Origin: Mariniphaga sp.
GTDB taxonomy: Bacteria > Bacteroidota > Bacteroidia > Bacteroidales > Prolixibacteraceae
Direction: 5' to 3'
Assembly: GCA_025355585.1 (NCBI GenBank)
Contig: JANXZJ010000108.1
Span: 8,589-72,588 of the forward strand
DNA length: 64,000 nt
A model generated the notes under the pieces. It was not told the origin of the DNA, did not search any database, and saw only the letters and a program-made list of their open reading frames with translations. Shown in pieces: positions 9,799 through 20,454 of this stretch. Every line of letters begins with the position of its first letter. Within the stretch, counting starts at the first letter, position 1. The position numbers and the translations under genes were made by a program.

Positions 9799-9873
9799 GG
9801 TGGAAGATGGGGTTCGAACCCACGACCCCTGGTACCACAAACCAGTGCTCTAACCAACTGAGCTACATCCACC
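9799..9873 (-). tRNA. tRNA-His (anticodon GTG) with encoded G-1
   Basis: The reverse complement folds as a cloverleaf: G(-1) GTGGATG TA GCTC AGTTGGTTA GAGC A CTGGT TTGTGGT ACCAG GGGTC GTGGG TTCGAAC CCCAT CTTCCAC C. Anticodon loop is TT-GTG-GT. The extra 5' G opposite C73 is the bacterial tRNA-His identity element. There is one T-T mismatch in the acceptor stem, and CCA is not fully encoded. Confidence 0.9.
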
Positions 9874-10071
9874 ATTTAGCGGTTGCAAATATAGAAAATG
9901 TTTTCCGATTCGTGCAACTGATTTTTCAAAAAAATGGACTAGTCCGTAATTCGCTGTTTTGCTTGACGATACATTAATCGTATTTGGTAAAGTGATCATA
10001 TTGGGAAAAACTACCTGTCGTTAGAACGGTATTGTTAACTTTGTTTTCTGGTATTAACTTTTAACAAAGCG

Positions 10072-10782
10072 ATGGATTATTTACTCGACAATCCCGATGC
10101 GGAGCGGATGTTTCAGGAAATCTTGTCAAAGATCAAACCGTTGCAAAATATTGAAGTAGTCAACTCTATGCAGAAAAGAGGTGTTGATTATAAGGTGAAC
10201 TTTGGCGTCTCAATTCCATTGCTGCAGGAAATAGCTTCGAAATATGAGAAGAATCATCTTCTGGCACTCAAGTTATGGAACAAACAATGGCGTGAAACCA
10301 TGATTCTTGCTATGCTCCTGGAAGAACCTGACAAAGTTACCGAAAACCAGATGGATTTTTGGGTGAAGAACTTTCAGTCAATCGAGATTGCCGAACAGGC
10401 AGCTATGAACCTGTTTTCGAAGACTGGATTTGCATACAAAAAAGCTTTTGAATACTGTCTGGGTAAAAAACTGTTGGTTAAAATTGTAGGGCTATTGATG
10501 ATTGGACGCCTTGCACTGACCGACCGCAAAGCAAAGGATGAAAATTTTGATCCGTTTTTTGAGCTGATGCCGCCACTTTCGAAAGATCCGCAATTGTCAA
10601 TTGTGTTTACAAGGGTTTATATCCAGATTGGAATGCGTAACTTGAATCTGAATGAAATTGCGGTCAGTTATGCGAAAATTCTGAAAACGATCGATTCGAA
10701 AACGGCCCAGGAAAATGCAGCACACATCCTAAGTGAACTCAACTGTGAGGATGCACGGGATATTGTAAAAAGAAGACAATAG
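10072..10782 (+). CDS. DNA alkylation repair protein family (AlkD-like HEAT-repeat fold), putative
   Basis: 236 aa, all-helical. The pattern ...LKLWNKQWRETMILAMLL... resembles the COG4912/PF08713 family from memory; no catalytic residues were verified. Confidence 0.5.
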   Translation: MDYLLDNPDAERMFQEILSKIKPLQNIEVVNSMQKRGVDYKVNFGVSIPLLQEIASKYEKNHLLALKLWNKQWRETMILAMLLEEPDKVTENQMDFWVKNFQSIEIAEQAAMNLFSKTGFAYKKAFEYCLGKKLLVKIVGLLMIGRLALTDRKAKDENFDPFFELMPPLSKDPQLSIVFTRVYIQIGMRNLNLNEIAVSYAKILKTIDSKTAQENAAHILSELNCEDARDIVKRRQ

Positions 10783-10890
10783 AAATTAACTAATAAAAAA
10801 TGTGCGAGTTAAGCATCTTTTCCCATCTTCTTTTGAACACAGTTTTTAAATCACTAATTTCGCAGCGCAAATAAACCCCATTTATTGTTT

Positions 10891-12099
10891 ATGGAAGTCA
10901 TTGAAGTAAAAGATCATAGTGCAGTCAAAGCTTTTCACCAGGTTAGTCACGATATTTACAAAGGCGATCAGAATTGGGTCCCACCATTGGACGCACTCGA
11001 AGATGCAGCCTTTGACCCCACAAAAAATGCTTTCTATAAGCATGGCGACGGTACACGCTGGATTTTAAAAAATGATAATGGTAAAGTAATTGGCCGGATT
11101 GGTGCTTTCATTAACGGGAATAGAGCCTATACATTTACTCAGCCTACTGGCGGGTGCGGTTATTTTGAATGCATTGATGATCAGAAAGCTGCGGACCTAC
11201 TTTTTAATACTGCCAAAGCATGGCTTGCAACACGTGGAATGGAAGCGATGGATGGTCCTGTAAATTTTGGCGAGAACCTGATCAATTGGGGTTTGCTTGT
11301 CGAAGGGTTTATGCAACAGGGATTTGGAATGCTATACAATAAACCTTATTATCTTCAGTTGTTTGAGAATTACGGATTTAAGGTCTATTTTGAACAATAC
11401 AGCTACCACCTTAACCAAAAAGAACCGTTTCCTGAACGATTTTGGAAAATTGCCGAATGGGTCGCTAAAAAACCCAACTTCAGATTCGAGCATGTCAGAT
11501 TCGACAATATTGAGAAATACATACAGGATTTTGTGAAGATTTACGAACAAGCCTGGGCACGGCATGATAATCATCAGGCAGTTGATCTTGAGGGTATTCG
11601 TGGTATGATGAAGATTGCCAAACTGATAGCTGAAGAAGAGTTTATTTGGTTTGCCTATCATAACGATGAACCCGTTCTCCTTTTCGGAATGATTCCCGAC
11701 TGGAATCAGATTTTGAAGAAGCTGAATGGAAAATCGAATTGGTGGAGTCTGCTCAAGTTTATTTGGTACAAAAAAATCAGGACGATGACCCGGGCTAGAA
11801 TTTTGATAATGGGCGTGGTCCCTAAATTTCAGGGAACAGGGCTTGAGTCGGCTGTCTTCTGGCATATGGACAAAGTTATGCATCGAAAATTGTGGATCTC
11901 AGAGGTGGAACTCTCATGGGTAGGTGATTTCAATCCCAAAATGATGGCAATATATCAGTCGGTTGGTGGTGTTCATGCGAAGACTCATTACACAATGCGA
12001 TATCTTTTCGACCGCACAGCACCGTTCGAACGGGCGCCAATGCTGATGAAAGAGGTTCGGTCGGTCCGGGAGGAGAACGTTTCAACAGCTGAAAAATAA
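10891..12099 (+). CDS. Conserved Bacteroidota ~400-aa GNAT-like acyltransferase family protein
   Basis: ORF 10885..12099; the likely ATG is at 10891 (MEVIEVKD...). GRIGAFING...TGGCGYFECIDD...MEAMDGPVNFGEN matches a family usually annotated as GNAT N-acetyltransferase. Confidence 0.55.
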   Translation: MEVIEVKDHSAVKAFHQVSHDIYKGDQNWVPPLDALEDAAFDPTKNAFYKHGDGTRWILKNDNGKVIGRIGAFINGNRAYTFTQPTGGCGYFECIDDQKAADLLFNTAKAWLATRGMEAMDGPVNFGENLINWGLLVEGFMQQGFGMLYNKPYYLQLFENYGFKVYFEQYSYHLNQKEPFPERFWKIAEWVAKKPNFRFEHVRFDNIEKYIQDFVKIYEQAWARHDNHQAVDLEGIRGMMKIAKLIAEEEFIWFAYHNDEPVLLFGMIPDWNQILKKLNGKSNWWSLLKFIWYKKIRTMTRARILIMGVVPKFQGTGLESAVFWHMDKVMHRKLWISEVELSWVGDFNPKMMAIYQSVGGVHAKTHYTMRYLFDRTAPFERAPMLMKEVRSVREENVSTAEK

Positions 12100-12136
12100 A
12101 CAAAATAAAAAATTGTAGATTCTTTTAAAAATATCT

Positions 12137-12167
12137 GTTGCAAATTATTGAAGTATGCTTATCTTTG
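12137..12167 (+). promoter_or_regulatory. Bacteroidota sigma-A type promoter upstream of L31 gene (-33 TTG, -7 TATCTTTG)
   Basis: TATCTTTG at 12160-12167 fits the TAnnTTTG consensus, with GTTG at 12137-12140, 19 bp upstream. The ATG lies 55 nt downstream. Confidence 0.5.
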
Positions 12168-12222
12168 CAACCCGTATCGAAGGAAAAGTTTAAGAACAAG
12201 ATATTAATAAATTATAGTTCAC

Positions 12223-12486
12223 ATGAAAAAGGGAATACATCCGGAAAGTTATCGGCTGGTAGCATTTAAAGATATGTCAAACGAACATACTTTTCTTACC
12301 AGGTCATCAGCTGCATCAAAAGAAAAAATCGAAATTGATGGCGTTGAGTATCCGCTTATTAAGGTGGAAATTTCAAATACTTCTCACCCATTTTATACCG
12401 GTAAAATGAAGCTTGTCGATACTGCAGGACGTGTTGATAAGTTCCTGACCCGTTATTCAAAACACATGGATAAACGCAAGCAATAG
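12223..12486 (+). CDS. rpmE: 50S ribosomal protein L31, type B (no CxxC zinc ribbon)
   Basis: 87 aa reading MKKGIHPESY...HPFYTGK, with no zinc-binding cysteine pairs. Confidence 0.9.
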   Translation: MKKGIHPESYRLVAFKDMSNEHTFLTRSSAASKEKIEIDGVEYPLIKVEISNTSHPFYTGKMKLVDTAGRVDKFLTRYSKHMDKRKQ

Positions 12487-12507
12487 GCTATTAAAGAGCT
12501 TGAAAAA

Positions 12508-12536
12508 CCCCGTATTCTTACAGTACGGGGTTTTTT
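12508..12536 (+). terminator. Rho-independent terminator after rpmE
   Basis: CCCCGTA ttcttacag TACGGGG followed by TTTTTT. Confidence 0.8.
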
Positions 12537-12556
12537 GTGTCTTTTTTATATTTGGT

Positions 12557-12564
12557 TAATTTTG
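12557..12564 (+). promoter_or_regulatory. Candidate -7 box (TAATTTTG) upstream of lon
   Basis: Exact TAnnTTTG match about 137 nt upstream of the lon ATG. No convincing -33 element was identified. Confidence 0.3.
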
Positions 12565-12700
12565 CTTTTTCCACCTGACAGAATGCGCTTTTTCTGTTAT
12601 TAATTGTGCTGTGATCGGATTTGGCACATGAATTGAGACATGAATTGTCACCTCTTTTAAATGAGGGTTGGGGACAAATTGTCATCACATTAAACGTAAA

Positions 12701-15160
12701 ATGGAAAACAAAAAAAATAAAATCTCAAAAAATAACTTCTTATATTCGAGGGAGATAGACGATCAAGACGATTTTATCCCAATTCTGGTCGATGGTGATG
12801 ATGCCGACCTCAGCGCGATTGAGGTTCCTGATGTTCTGCCAATCTTGCCGCTACGCAATACCGTTCTTTTCCCTGGGGTAGTAATGCCCATTACTGTTGG
12901 AAGACAAAAGTCGCTTTTGCTAATCAGGGAAGCTTATGCCGGGAATAAACTGATCGGTACCATTGCTCAAAAAGACGGACAGATTGAGGATCCCGAACCT
13001 GATGATTTGTTTCAGATTGGAACAATGGCCGAGATTTTGAAAATTCTGGAGATGCCGGATGGTTCAACTTCGGTAATCATCCAGGGGAAACGGCGATTCA
13101 GATTAAACGGAATTGACCAAACAATCCCATACATTCGTGCCGTAGTCCAGGTACTTGACGATATTTTACCAACTACGAAAATGCGTGAGTTCACGGCATT
13201 GGTCGAGTCGTTGAAAGATTTGGCGCTTAAAATTGTAAAATCTTCTGGTAATATTCCACCCGAGGCACAATTTGCTGTTAAAAATATTGAGAATGCCACC
13301 TTCCTAATTAATTTTATCTGTAATAATACGGAGCTCAATGCTTTGGAAAAACAGGAATTACTTGAACTGGATGATTTGCGTGACCGTAGTACCAAGTTGC
13401 TCACCTACCTCGTTCGCGAAGTTCAGTTGATTGATCTAAAGAAGGATATTCAGAAAAAGGTGAAAGTCGACATGGATCAGCAGCAACGCGAGTATCTGCT
13501 TCACCAGCAAATTAAAACAATTCAGGATGAACTTGGGGGAAATCCTTCGGAACAGGAGATCGCCGATCTCAAAAAACGGAGTCTGGATAAAAAATGGAGT
13601 ATCAGTGTCCAGGCAGTCTTTGATAAGGAGCTTTCGAAACTGATTCGGATGAATCCGGCGGCCGGGGAATACTCAGTTCAGGCAGGTTATCTCGAAACAT
13701 TTCTCGATCTTCCATGGAATGTCTATTCTGAAGATAATTTTGACCTTAAGAATGCGGAGAAAATACTTGACGAGGATCATTATGGTCTCGAAAAAGTGAA
13801 GGATCGGATACTTGAACACCTTGCTGTTTTAAAATTAAAGGGTGATATGAAGTCGCCAATACTCTGTCTTTACGGACCTCCGGGAGTTGGGAAAACTTCG
13901 TTGGGAAAATCTGTGGCAAGAGCACTTGGACGCAAATTCGTCCGGATGAGTCTTGGTGGGCTTCATGACGAGTCTGAGATTCGCGGACACCGTAAAACCT
14001 ATATTGGCGCTATGCCTGGCCGGATTATTCAAAATCTGAAAAAGGCAGGAACTTCAAATCCGGTTTTCATTCTTGATGAACTTGACAAAGTATCAAATGA
14101 CTTTCATGGCGACCCCGCATCTGCATTGTTAGAGGTTCTTGATCCTGAGCAGAATGCTGAATTTCATGATAACTATATCGACATCGACTATGATCTGTCG
14201 CGTGTAATGTTTATTGCCACGGCAAATAGTTTGAGCACCATTCATCCCGCTTTGCGCGACCGTTTGGAGTTGATTGACGTGAGTGGATATTTACTCGAAG
14301 AGAAAATAGAAATCGCGAAGCGGCATCTGATTACCCGCCAGCTTGAAGGCCATGGGATGAAAAAGGATGATGTGAAATTCTCCAAAGAGGCGCTCATCAG
14401 GCTCATTGAAGATTATACACGGGAATCGGGTGTGCGCGAAATGGATAAACAACTTGCTAAAGTAATCCGAAGAGTTGCCCGCAAGATTGCATTCGAAGAA
14501 GTGATTAACAGGAAAATAGGACCTGCTGAAATACGCGAGTACCTTGGTTCGCCAAAATATAGCAAAGAGAGTTACGAAGGAAACGAATATGCGGGTGTCG
14601 TTACCGGTCTTGCCTGGACCTCGGCAGGCGGCGAGATCCTTTATGTAGAGACCAGCCTGAGCCAGGGGAAGAGTAAATTCACAATTACCGGAAACCTGGG
14701 CGAAGTGATGAAGGAATCAGCTGCGATCGCTTTGGAGTATTTAAAATCGCATTGCGGTCCGCTTGGTCTGAAACCGGAAGTCTTCGAAAAATGGGATGTG
14801 CATATGCATGTGCCTGAAGGAGCGATCCCTAAAGATGGTCCATCTGCCGGAATCACAATGGCTACAGCACTTGCTTCGGCATTCACACAGCGGAAGGTTA
14901 AAAAGGGATTAGCCATGACGGGAGAGATCACCTTGCGTGGTAGGGTATTACCTGTTGGCGGAATCAAAGAAAAAATTCTTGCTGCAAAACGTGCCGGAAT
15001 TAAGGAGATTGTGATGAGTAAGGAGAATAAAAAGGATATTGAAGAGATCAAGGAAATCTATCTCAAAGGCTTAACCTTTCATTTTGTTGAGAATGTGGGC
15101 GATGTATTTGAGATTGCTTTGATGGACGAGAAGGTTAAAAATCCTTTGGCCATCTCTTAA
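12701..15160 (+). CDS. lon: ATP-dependent Lon protease (LonA)
   Basis: ORF 12668..15160; the likely ATG is at 12701. It has a LON N-domain, Walker [10 protein letters not shown], and the proteolytic site [15 protein letters not shown]. Confidence 0.95.
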   Translation: MENKKNKISKNNFLYSREIDDQDDFIPILVDGDDADLSAIEVPDVLPILPLRNTVLFPGVVMPITVGRQKSLLLIREAYAGNKLIGTIAQKDGQIEDPEPDDLFQIGTMAEILKILEMPDGSTSVIIQGKRRFRLNGIDQTIPYIRAVVQVLDDILPTTKMREFTALVESLKDLALKIVKSSGNIPPEAQFAVKNIENATFLINFICNNTELNALEKQELLELDDLRDRSTKLLTYLVREVQLIDLKKDIQKKVKVDMDQQQREYLLHQQIKTIQDELGGNPSEQEIADLKKRSLDKKWSISVQAVFDKELSKLIRMNPAAGEYSVQAGYLETFLDLPWNVYSEDNFDLKNAEKILDEDHYGLEKVKDRILEHLAVLKLKGDMKSPILCLYGPPGVGKTSLGKSVARALGRKFVRMSLGGLHDESEIRGHRKTYIGAMPGRIIQNLKKAGTSNPVFILDELDKVSNDFHGDPASALLEVLDPEQNAEFHDNYIDIDYDLSRVMFIATANSLSTIHPALRDRLELIDVSGYLLEEKIEIAKRHLITRQLEGHGMKKDDVKFSKEALIRLIEDYTRESGVREMDKQLAKVIRRVARKIAFEEVINRKIGPAEIREYLGSPKYSKESYEGNEYAGVVTGLAWTSAGGEILYVETSLSQGKSKFTITGNLGEVMKESAAIALEYLKSHCGPLGLKPEVFEKWDVHMHVPEGAIPKDGPSAGITMATALASAFTQRKVKKGLAMTGEITLRGRVLPVGGIKEKILAAKRAGIKEIVMSKENKKDIEEIKEIYLKGLTFHFVENVGDVFEIALMDEKVKNPLAIS

Positions 15161-15184
15161 ATCAATCAAAATATGTTAATAAAG

Positions 15185-15213
15185 AGCCGTCGCATGAATT
15201 GTGACGGCTTTTT
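15185..15213. terminator. Bidirectional terminator between lon and the convergent methyltransferase gene
   Basis: AGCCGTC gcatgaattgt GACGGCT followed by TTTTT, with an A-rich run on the other side. Confidence 0.7.
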
Positions 15214-15216
15214 CTT

Positions 15217-15933
15217 TTAGAGAGTTTTCTTCGCAACGATTGTAAATGCCTTCCCTTCATCAATTATTTCTTCAATATTAAAACCTGTCAATTTTATAAA
15301 TAGCGCAATCTCATCCCTTGTGAATGCCCGCAATGTTGTGATATCATTAAACTCCGAAATTTCGTTATCCTTCTCAATGATATATTTTGCAGACCAATCA
15401 TAAGTCCAGCCAGTTGCAAGGTTTTTTTCTAAGTGACTTATCCTCCTGATTTTTTTGCCATTGTGATTGATGTTTTGCTCAAAATCACTGAAGTTGTCGA
15501 ATATTTGATTCGCATCGAAAACGCCAAATACAAACAATCCGTTGTCTCTTAGTGATTTGTGTACCCCGTTTATCGTGTCCAAGATTCCTTTATTTTCGAT
15601 CACATAAGCAATTGAGCGGCCGGTAATCAGGATTGCATCAAATTGCCTGTCGAAGGGCAAATTGCGCATATCGCCCTGGATAAACAGGCCAGAAGGCACT
15701 TCGCGGCGGGCAATATCAAGCATTTCGTTGTATAAATCAAGCCCGAGATAATCGTATCCATTGGTAAGAAACCGCCGTGCAAGCATCCCCGAACCACAGC
15801 CAATCTCCAAAATCTTGTGGCAGTTATTGGTTTTTAGGATGGCGTCATAAAAATGAAATTCCTTCTCATAGTCAAAGACATGCTGATACATCTCATGGTA
15901 GATCTCAGCCAGTGTTGAATACAGTTGAGTCAT
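15217..15933 (-). CDS. Class I SAM-dependent methyltransferase
   Basis: 238 aa with motif I ILEIGCGSGMLARRF and DAILITG. Confidence 0.8.
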   Translation of the reverse strand: MTQLYSTLAEIYHEMYQHVFDYEKEFHFYDAILKTNNCHKILEIGCGSGMLARRFLTNGYDYLGLDLYNEMLDIARREVPSGLFIQGDMRNLPFDRQFDAILITGRSIAYVIENKGILDTINGVHKSLRDNGLFVFGVFDANQIFDNFSDFEQNINHNGKKIRRISHLEKNLATGWTYDWSAKYIIEKDNEISEFNDITTLRAFTRDEIALFIKLTGFNIEEIIDEGKAFTIVAKKTL

Positions 15934-16034
15934 CTTTTGCTAATTTGTATACATATTACCATAAGGTGTTTCGTGAAAAATAGTATCAAATTGCTGAATT
16001 GTCACTTGCCCGAAACGAAGTTCGACGCAGTCAA

Positions 16035-16517
16035 TTAGCCAATCTTTTCTATCAACACAACTGCCTGTGCTGAGATTCCCTCTTCCCGACCCTCGAAACC
16101 CAGTTTTTCAGTAGTGGTTGCTTTAATATTAACTGCTTCAACATCGACTTTCAATACAGAGGAAATTGTTTCCTCCATTTTGGGAATGAAATCTTTCAGT
16201 TTTGGTCGCTGTGCCGATATTGTGGCATCGAGATTCACAAGATGGAAGCCCTTTTCGGTTACAAGCCGGTAAGTTTCAGCCAGCAATACTTTGCTGTCAA
16301 TATTTTTGAATTCAGACGACGTGTCCGGAAAATGATACCCGATATCCCTAAGTTTGGCAGCTCCCAAAAGCGCATCACAAATGGCATGAAGCAGAACATC
16401 GCCGTCGGAATGGGCGACAAGCCCTTTGTCATGTGGAATCAAAATTCCGCCAAGCCACAGCGTTTCCCCTTCGGCCAACTTATGGACATCATATCCTAAT
16501 CCTATTCGATAGCTCAT
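16035..16517 (-). CDS. ispF: 2-C-methyl-D-erythritol 2,4-cyclodiphosphate synthase
   Basis: 160 aa reading RIGLGYDVHKL...AHSDGDVLLHAICDALLGA... Confidence 0.95.
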   Translation of the reverse strand: MSYRIGLGYDVHKLAEGETLWLGGILIPHDKGLVAHSDGDVLLHAICDALLGAAKLRDIGYHFPDTSSEFKNIDSKVLLAETYRLVTEKGFHLVNLDATISAQRPKLKDFIPKMEETISSVLKVDVEAVNIKATTTEKLGFEGREEGISAQAVVLIEKIG

Positions 16518-16662
16518 CGTAAATACATCTTTTAGATATTAGTAACTTATTTTTCCCTGATAATAAAGCAACTGGCTTCTTGCGGTAGTTATCAGGCGGA
16601 GGGATCACCTTTTAAATCTGGTCAAGAACTAAGAATTGTAAATCGTTTACAAATTAAACGTT

Positions 16663-19600
16663 TTACCGCGTCAAAATCAACTGCCCTGTTTTTATTGCGG
16701 TTGATCCGTCGGGCGCAGTAAGCCGAACCCGGTAATGATAAATTCCAGGGGCAAGTTTGTGATTGTTGAGTCCCGGATTCCAACGGATCGGCAGCGTTGT
16801 AAAACCGGACGAGCCTGATTCCGTTTTCACCTGGTCGACCAACACCCCTTGTTGCGTATAAACTTCGATTTCGACCGTCATCTTTTCTCCGAAACGGTTG
16901 TGCACCGCAATGATATCAGTTGATACGCTGACAGGGTTGGGAAATGCCGTCAGATTTTTAATTTCCAGACCTGAAGCAACTGTAAATCTGATTTCTGTCT
17001 CAGTAGAGTTATTTGCCAGATCCCATACTTTAAATTTCAGGGTGTGCTCGCCGTCTTCGAAACCAGACAGTTGGAAAAGAATTTTCCCGTTTTTATAGGA
17101 GTCCTGAACAGATTGAAAATAATCATTTAATACCAGCATCTTGTCCGTCTTGTTATCAATTGTAACCACGATATCATGCCCGATTCCACCACCCGAGGTG
17201 TTGATGCCCGACTCGTCTTCGAGGTAAGCAATCAGTAAAGGTGCCTTTGAAACCTGGTCTCCCGGTTTGAAATTCTCATTGTCCAGAAAAAGTTTCACAG
17301 TGGGTCCCGTCAAATCGTTGGTCGTGCTGATTGGACTTCCGCCTAATTTTAAGGCAGCAAAACTTCCACCCGCATCACTTGTGGCATCTTTAGAATAGTA
17401 TCTGATCAACCCATTGCCAATACGGTAGTTAATTTCTTTTGGAACCTTAAAAGAATACGAAAATTCACCACTTTTTACCGAGACAATTCCCTTGAAGAGA
17501 ATTGAATTTTGAACTGTGTAACTGAAAGGTGTTTGACCGCCATTTCCAAGTGTGATAGCCTCTGTCGGTTTGTCAAAAACGGCTGGAAAAAGGATGCCGT
17601 TATAGCCGGTAATCTTTTCTCCTTTGGGGTTTTGTATCTCACCCCATACCGATACCAGCGAAAGTGGTTTCAGTGTATCAGTCAGTTGCTCGACAGGCTG
17701 ATCATTGATTTCAAGTGTTTTAACTTTGTATTGAGGGTAGCTGATCTGAAGTGCCGGATCGCCCAGCAGGGCAAATTTCGCTGCGTTGACTGTTCCGCCT
17801 AATTCGCTTTTGGCCAGCCGGATAATATCTCCCATTCGAAGATTGTTTCCATCTTTATCTTTTTCGAACACATATTTGAAAAAACTTCTGTTCATTTCGT
17901 AATTGGAAGAGGAGTATACAAGCCGGGTTGTTGAAAAAAGAGCGATTCCACCTCCAACCGTTTTTAAAAGCACATGTTCTCCTGCCGACTGCTTATTCTT
18001 CAGATCCCAACGGCTAAACTCGCAGGTGGCTGTAACAAAAACGGGTAATTTGTCAACATTGCTCCAGCTGTCAATGTCGCTGATTGTCAGTATTTTTTCG
18101 TGTGCAAGTCCCTCCTCGTTCGCATGGCCGACGTAATTGATAATCAACGCACCCTCTTTAACCCTGTTGCTTAATGCCTTGTTTACATCCGGGTATCGTT
18201 TTTCGGGGGTAGTTTCCTCTTTAAAAGCATCGAGGTAAATTTTGTCGGTGTAGAATGCCGGATAATTTTGATTTACAAAGTTGGCAAGCTGTTCCGAATC
18301 GGAGACATGAATGTTATTGTCTTCATCATCACCTACAAAACAAATGTTGTTTCGCCATTCACCCATCGCCGGGGAAGTATTATAGTGAAGTATTTTATCT
18401 ACCACCGCCTTAGCTTCGGAAGCACTTACGCATGGAATCCTTCCAATACCGATATCGACAATTCCTTTTTGACCGCCTTCGTCTTCGCCGAGTAATCCAA
18501 AATAGTCATCTGTGACGAAAGAGGATGCAGGGTTTAGTGAACTTTCAGATTGCCATGTTGGAATAAAACAGGGATTTTCAGTAGTTGCGGGATGAAGGTT
18601 ATCATAGGTTCCCTTTCCAAACAGCAAAAGGTATTTTAGCTTAGATGTGTTGTTTGTTAGTGATTTACGATAAAGATGCCTTACGAAATTTCTAATGGCA
18701 GTCACATCGGCAATACCTCCCGAAAACTCATTGAAGATCGGGGAAACATTTACAACCGTCACTTCCAATCCACTGTTTTGCCGATGAAACAGCGCGAGTC
18801 GTTCGGCTTCCGATCTAAAATCAGGCGAAGTGACTATCAACATATCAGGGGTTGCCAATCCATGCAGATTTTGATTCGGAACATCTTCCGTTTTTTCGAT
18901 ACCCGGGAAATCGTACAACGGATCAAAAGCAATAAACCGGCGAAGTGTATCGGTTGCCGCTTTAAAAGAAAGTGTATCAGATCCCGTTGCTGACTGAATT
19001 TCAATTGGTTTTAAAGGTGAAGTAACCTCCCATATCTTCAGTCCGCTTCCGGCATTGCCCATTCTGAACTCTGCTATATTTCCTGGTCCTACTGTACGGC
19101 TGTCACAAAAAATAAGTTGTCCGCCCTGCATGTTGAGTTTGCACCGTGTCTGTAATCTGATATAGTCAAGCCAGCATCTTCCATTTGCGGGAGAGTTGTA
19201 TTTGAAAGAAATACGAAGATCATCACCTTCAATCGCTTTTGAATAAACATTTTCACGCAGATCGGCATAATCGGCTTCGGCGAAGTTCGAATAGGCGGAG
19301 AAGTTTATGATTTCATTGGCTGTGTTGTTGACAGACAAATTGAGGGAGGAAGAAAAATCGCATCTTGCTGCAGCGGCAATATTGATTTTAACCGGCTCTG
19401 ATTTAATATGATTCTGAAATTTAAATGTTTTTTCCAGCGTAGAATTCGGTGTCAGCTGGCTCGAGAACCATCGGTTGCCTGTTTCCAAAAGATTATAAGT
19501 TTCCTCCTCAAAAACAACAAGATCATCGAATTCAGTGACGATTACAAATGGATTTTCGGTTATTGAGGGTTTAAGCCGGACAGATTGGTCTGCTCCAACA

Positions 19601-20154
19601 TCCTCGGTGAGGTACAGGAAAGAGTTTCCCTGGGCAAATTGGTTAATGCTGTGGATAAATGATTTAGAGATCGGATCAAATTCCCATTTCACGTTTCCGG
19701 GAACATAAACCAGGAAAACGTCATTAGACTGTTTGTCTTTGGTTTGCCAGATCGGGTACTGTGTAAGATCGTCAAATGAAAGAGAACTATTCATTTGGGG
19801 AAGTTTTCCGGGAGGAACACCAAACATTTTTACTTTTTGCGGTATCTGAAACCCCATCGATTTAAGTGCGGCAAATGTGATTTTATGGATGCCCGACTGA
19901 TTTGTCTGAGCTTTCACCCATTTCCCTGAAGCAAGCACCGAATTTTCTATTGGCGTCGATTTCAGGATGATATTTGACAAAGTTCTAAATTGCAGTTTAT
20001 CAGCGTAAATTGGAGATTTGAGTGTGGAGGAGTCTGATAGCCGGACTCCAGGATTTTTTTCTGCAATTACCGGCGACATGTCTTTCTCCTTCCTGTTGAC
20101 AGAAAAAACGTTTTGAAAGGATAAGCATAAGAGAAAAATCAGCAGCCGGTTCAT
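16663..20154 (-). CDS. porU: Type IX secretion system C-terminal signal peptidase PorU (peptidase C25-like)
   Basis: 1163 aa with a signal peptide. It has a gingipain-like central domain and a C-terminal beta-sandwich (...LAPGIYHYRVRLTAPDGS...). Its size and its position beside gldJ and murF match the porU arrangement I recall in Flavobacterium. Confidence 0.8.
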   Translation of the reverse strand: MNRLLIFLLCLSFQNVFSVNRKEKDMSPVIAEKNPGVRLSDSSTLKSPIYADKLQFRTLSNIILKSTPIENSVLASGKWVKAQTNQSGIHKITFAALKSMGFQIPQKVKMFGVPPGKLPQMNSSLSFDDLTQYPIWQTKDKQSNDVFLVYVPGNVKWEFDPISKSFIHSINQFAQGNSFLYLTEDVGADQSVRLKPSITENPFVIVTEFDDLVVFEEETYNLLETGNRWFSSQLTPNSTLEKTFKFQNHIKSEPVKINIAAAARCDFSSSLNLSVNNTANEIINFSAYSNFAEADYADLRENVYSKAIEGDDLRISFKYNSPANGRCWLDYIRLQTRCKLNMQGGQLIFCDSRTVGPGNIAEFRMGNAGSGLKIWEVTSPLKPIEIQSATGSDTLSFKAATDTLRRFIAFDPLYDFPGIEKTEDVPNQNLHGLATPDMLIVTSPDFRSEAERLALFHRQNSGLEVTVVNVSPIFNEFSGGIADVTAIRNFVRHLYRKSLTNNTSKLKYLLLFGKGTYDNLHPATTENPCFIPTWQSESSLNPASSFVTDDYFGLLGEDEGGQKGIVDIGIGRIPCVSASEAKAVVDKILHYNTSPAMGEWRNNICFVGDDEDNNIHVSDSEQLANFVNQNYPAFYTDKIYLDAFKEETTPEKRYPDVNKALSNRVKEGALIINYVGHANEEGLAHEKILTISDIDSWSNVDKLPVFVTATCEFSRWDLKNKQSAGEHVLLKTVGGGIALFSTTRLVYSSSNYEMNRSFFKYVFEKDKDGNNLRMGDIIRLAKSELGGTVNAAKFALLGDPALQISYPQYKVKTLEINDQPVEQLTDTLKPLSLVSVWGEIQNPKGEKITGYNGILFPAVFDKPTEAITLGNGGQTPFSYTVQNSILFKGIVSVKSGEFSYSFKVPKEINYRIGNGLIRYYSKDATSDAGGSFAALKLGGSPISTTNDLTGPTVKLFLDNENFKPGDQVSKAPLLIAYLEDESGINTSGGGIGHDIVVTIDNKTDKMLVLNDYFQSVQDSYKNGKILFQLSGFEDGEHTLKFKVWDLANNSTETEIRFTVASGLEIKNLTAFPNPVSVSTDIIAVHNRFGEKMTVEIEVYTQQGVLVDQVKTESGSSGFTTLPIRWNPGLNNHKLAPGIYHYRVRLTAPDGSTAIKTGQLILTR

Positions 20155-20408
20155 GTGAGAAGATCTCTTTGTAAAATGTTATCAATATTAATGCACTTAA
20201 TTGGAACCGCAAAAAAAATGAAGGTTCCAGGGTAGAAAAAGAACGAATTTTGAATATTTTACACGAAAGAGTAAATTTATCTTCATTTCAACATAAAATT
20301 AAACATCGGGATTCCGATATTTTCCAATATATTTGTGGCGTATTCTCAATTATGTCAGAATACATTCTTAACCGGACTAATAACGGGAAAAAAGAATTGA
20401 TTTATATT

Positions 20409-20416
20409 TATATTTG
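20409..20416 (+). promoter_or_regulatory. Candidate -7 box (TATATTTG) upstream of gldJ
   Basis: TAnnTTTG match 38 nt upstream of the gldJ ATG. A second identical box lies at 20328-20335. Confidence 0.3.
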
Positions 20417-20454
20417 TACCTAAGAATTAAAGTGAATTAAAACGACCTCGCAAT

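Noticed and set aside
9735-9977. 80-aa plus-strand ORF
   Set aside because: It overlaps the tRNA-His gene on the opposite strand; its text (GFEPTTPGTTNQCSNQLSYIH) is simply the translated tRNA.
9006-10071. Genomic island integrated at tRNA-His
   Set aside because: There is no integrase, no direct repeat of the tRNA 3' end that I could find, and no compositional break visible by eye. The flanking genes look like ordinary chromosomal genes.
11332-11883. 183-aa antisense ORF inside the GNAT-like gene
   Set aside because: It is entirely antisense to a conserved-looking CDS and has no motifs. It is a typical shadow ORF.
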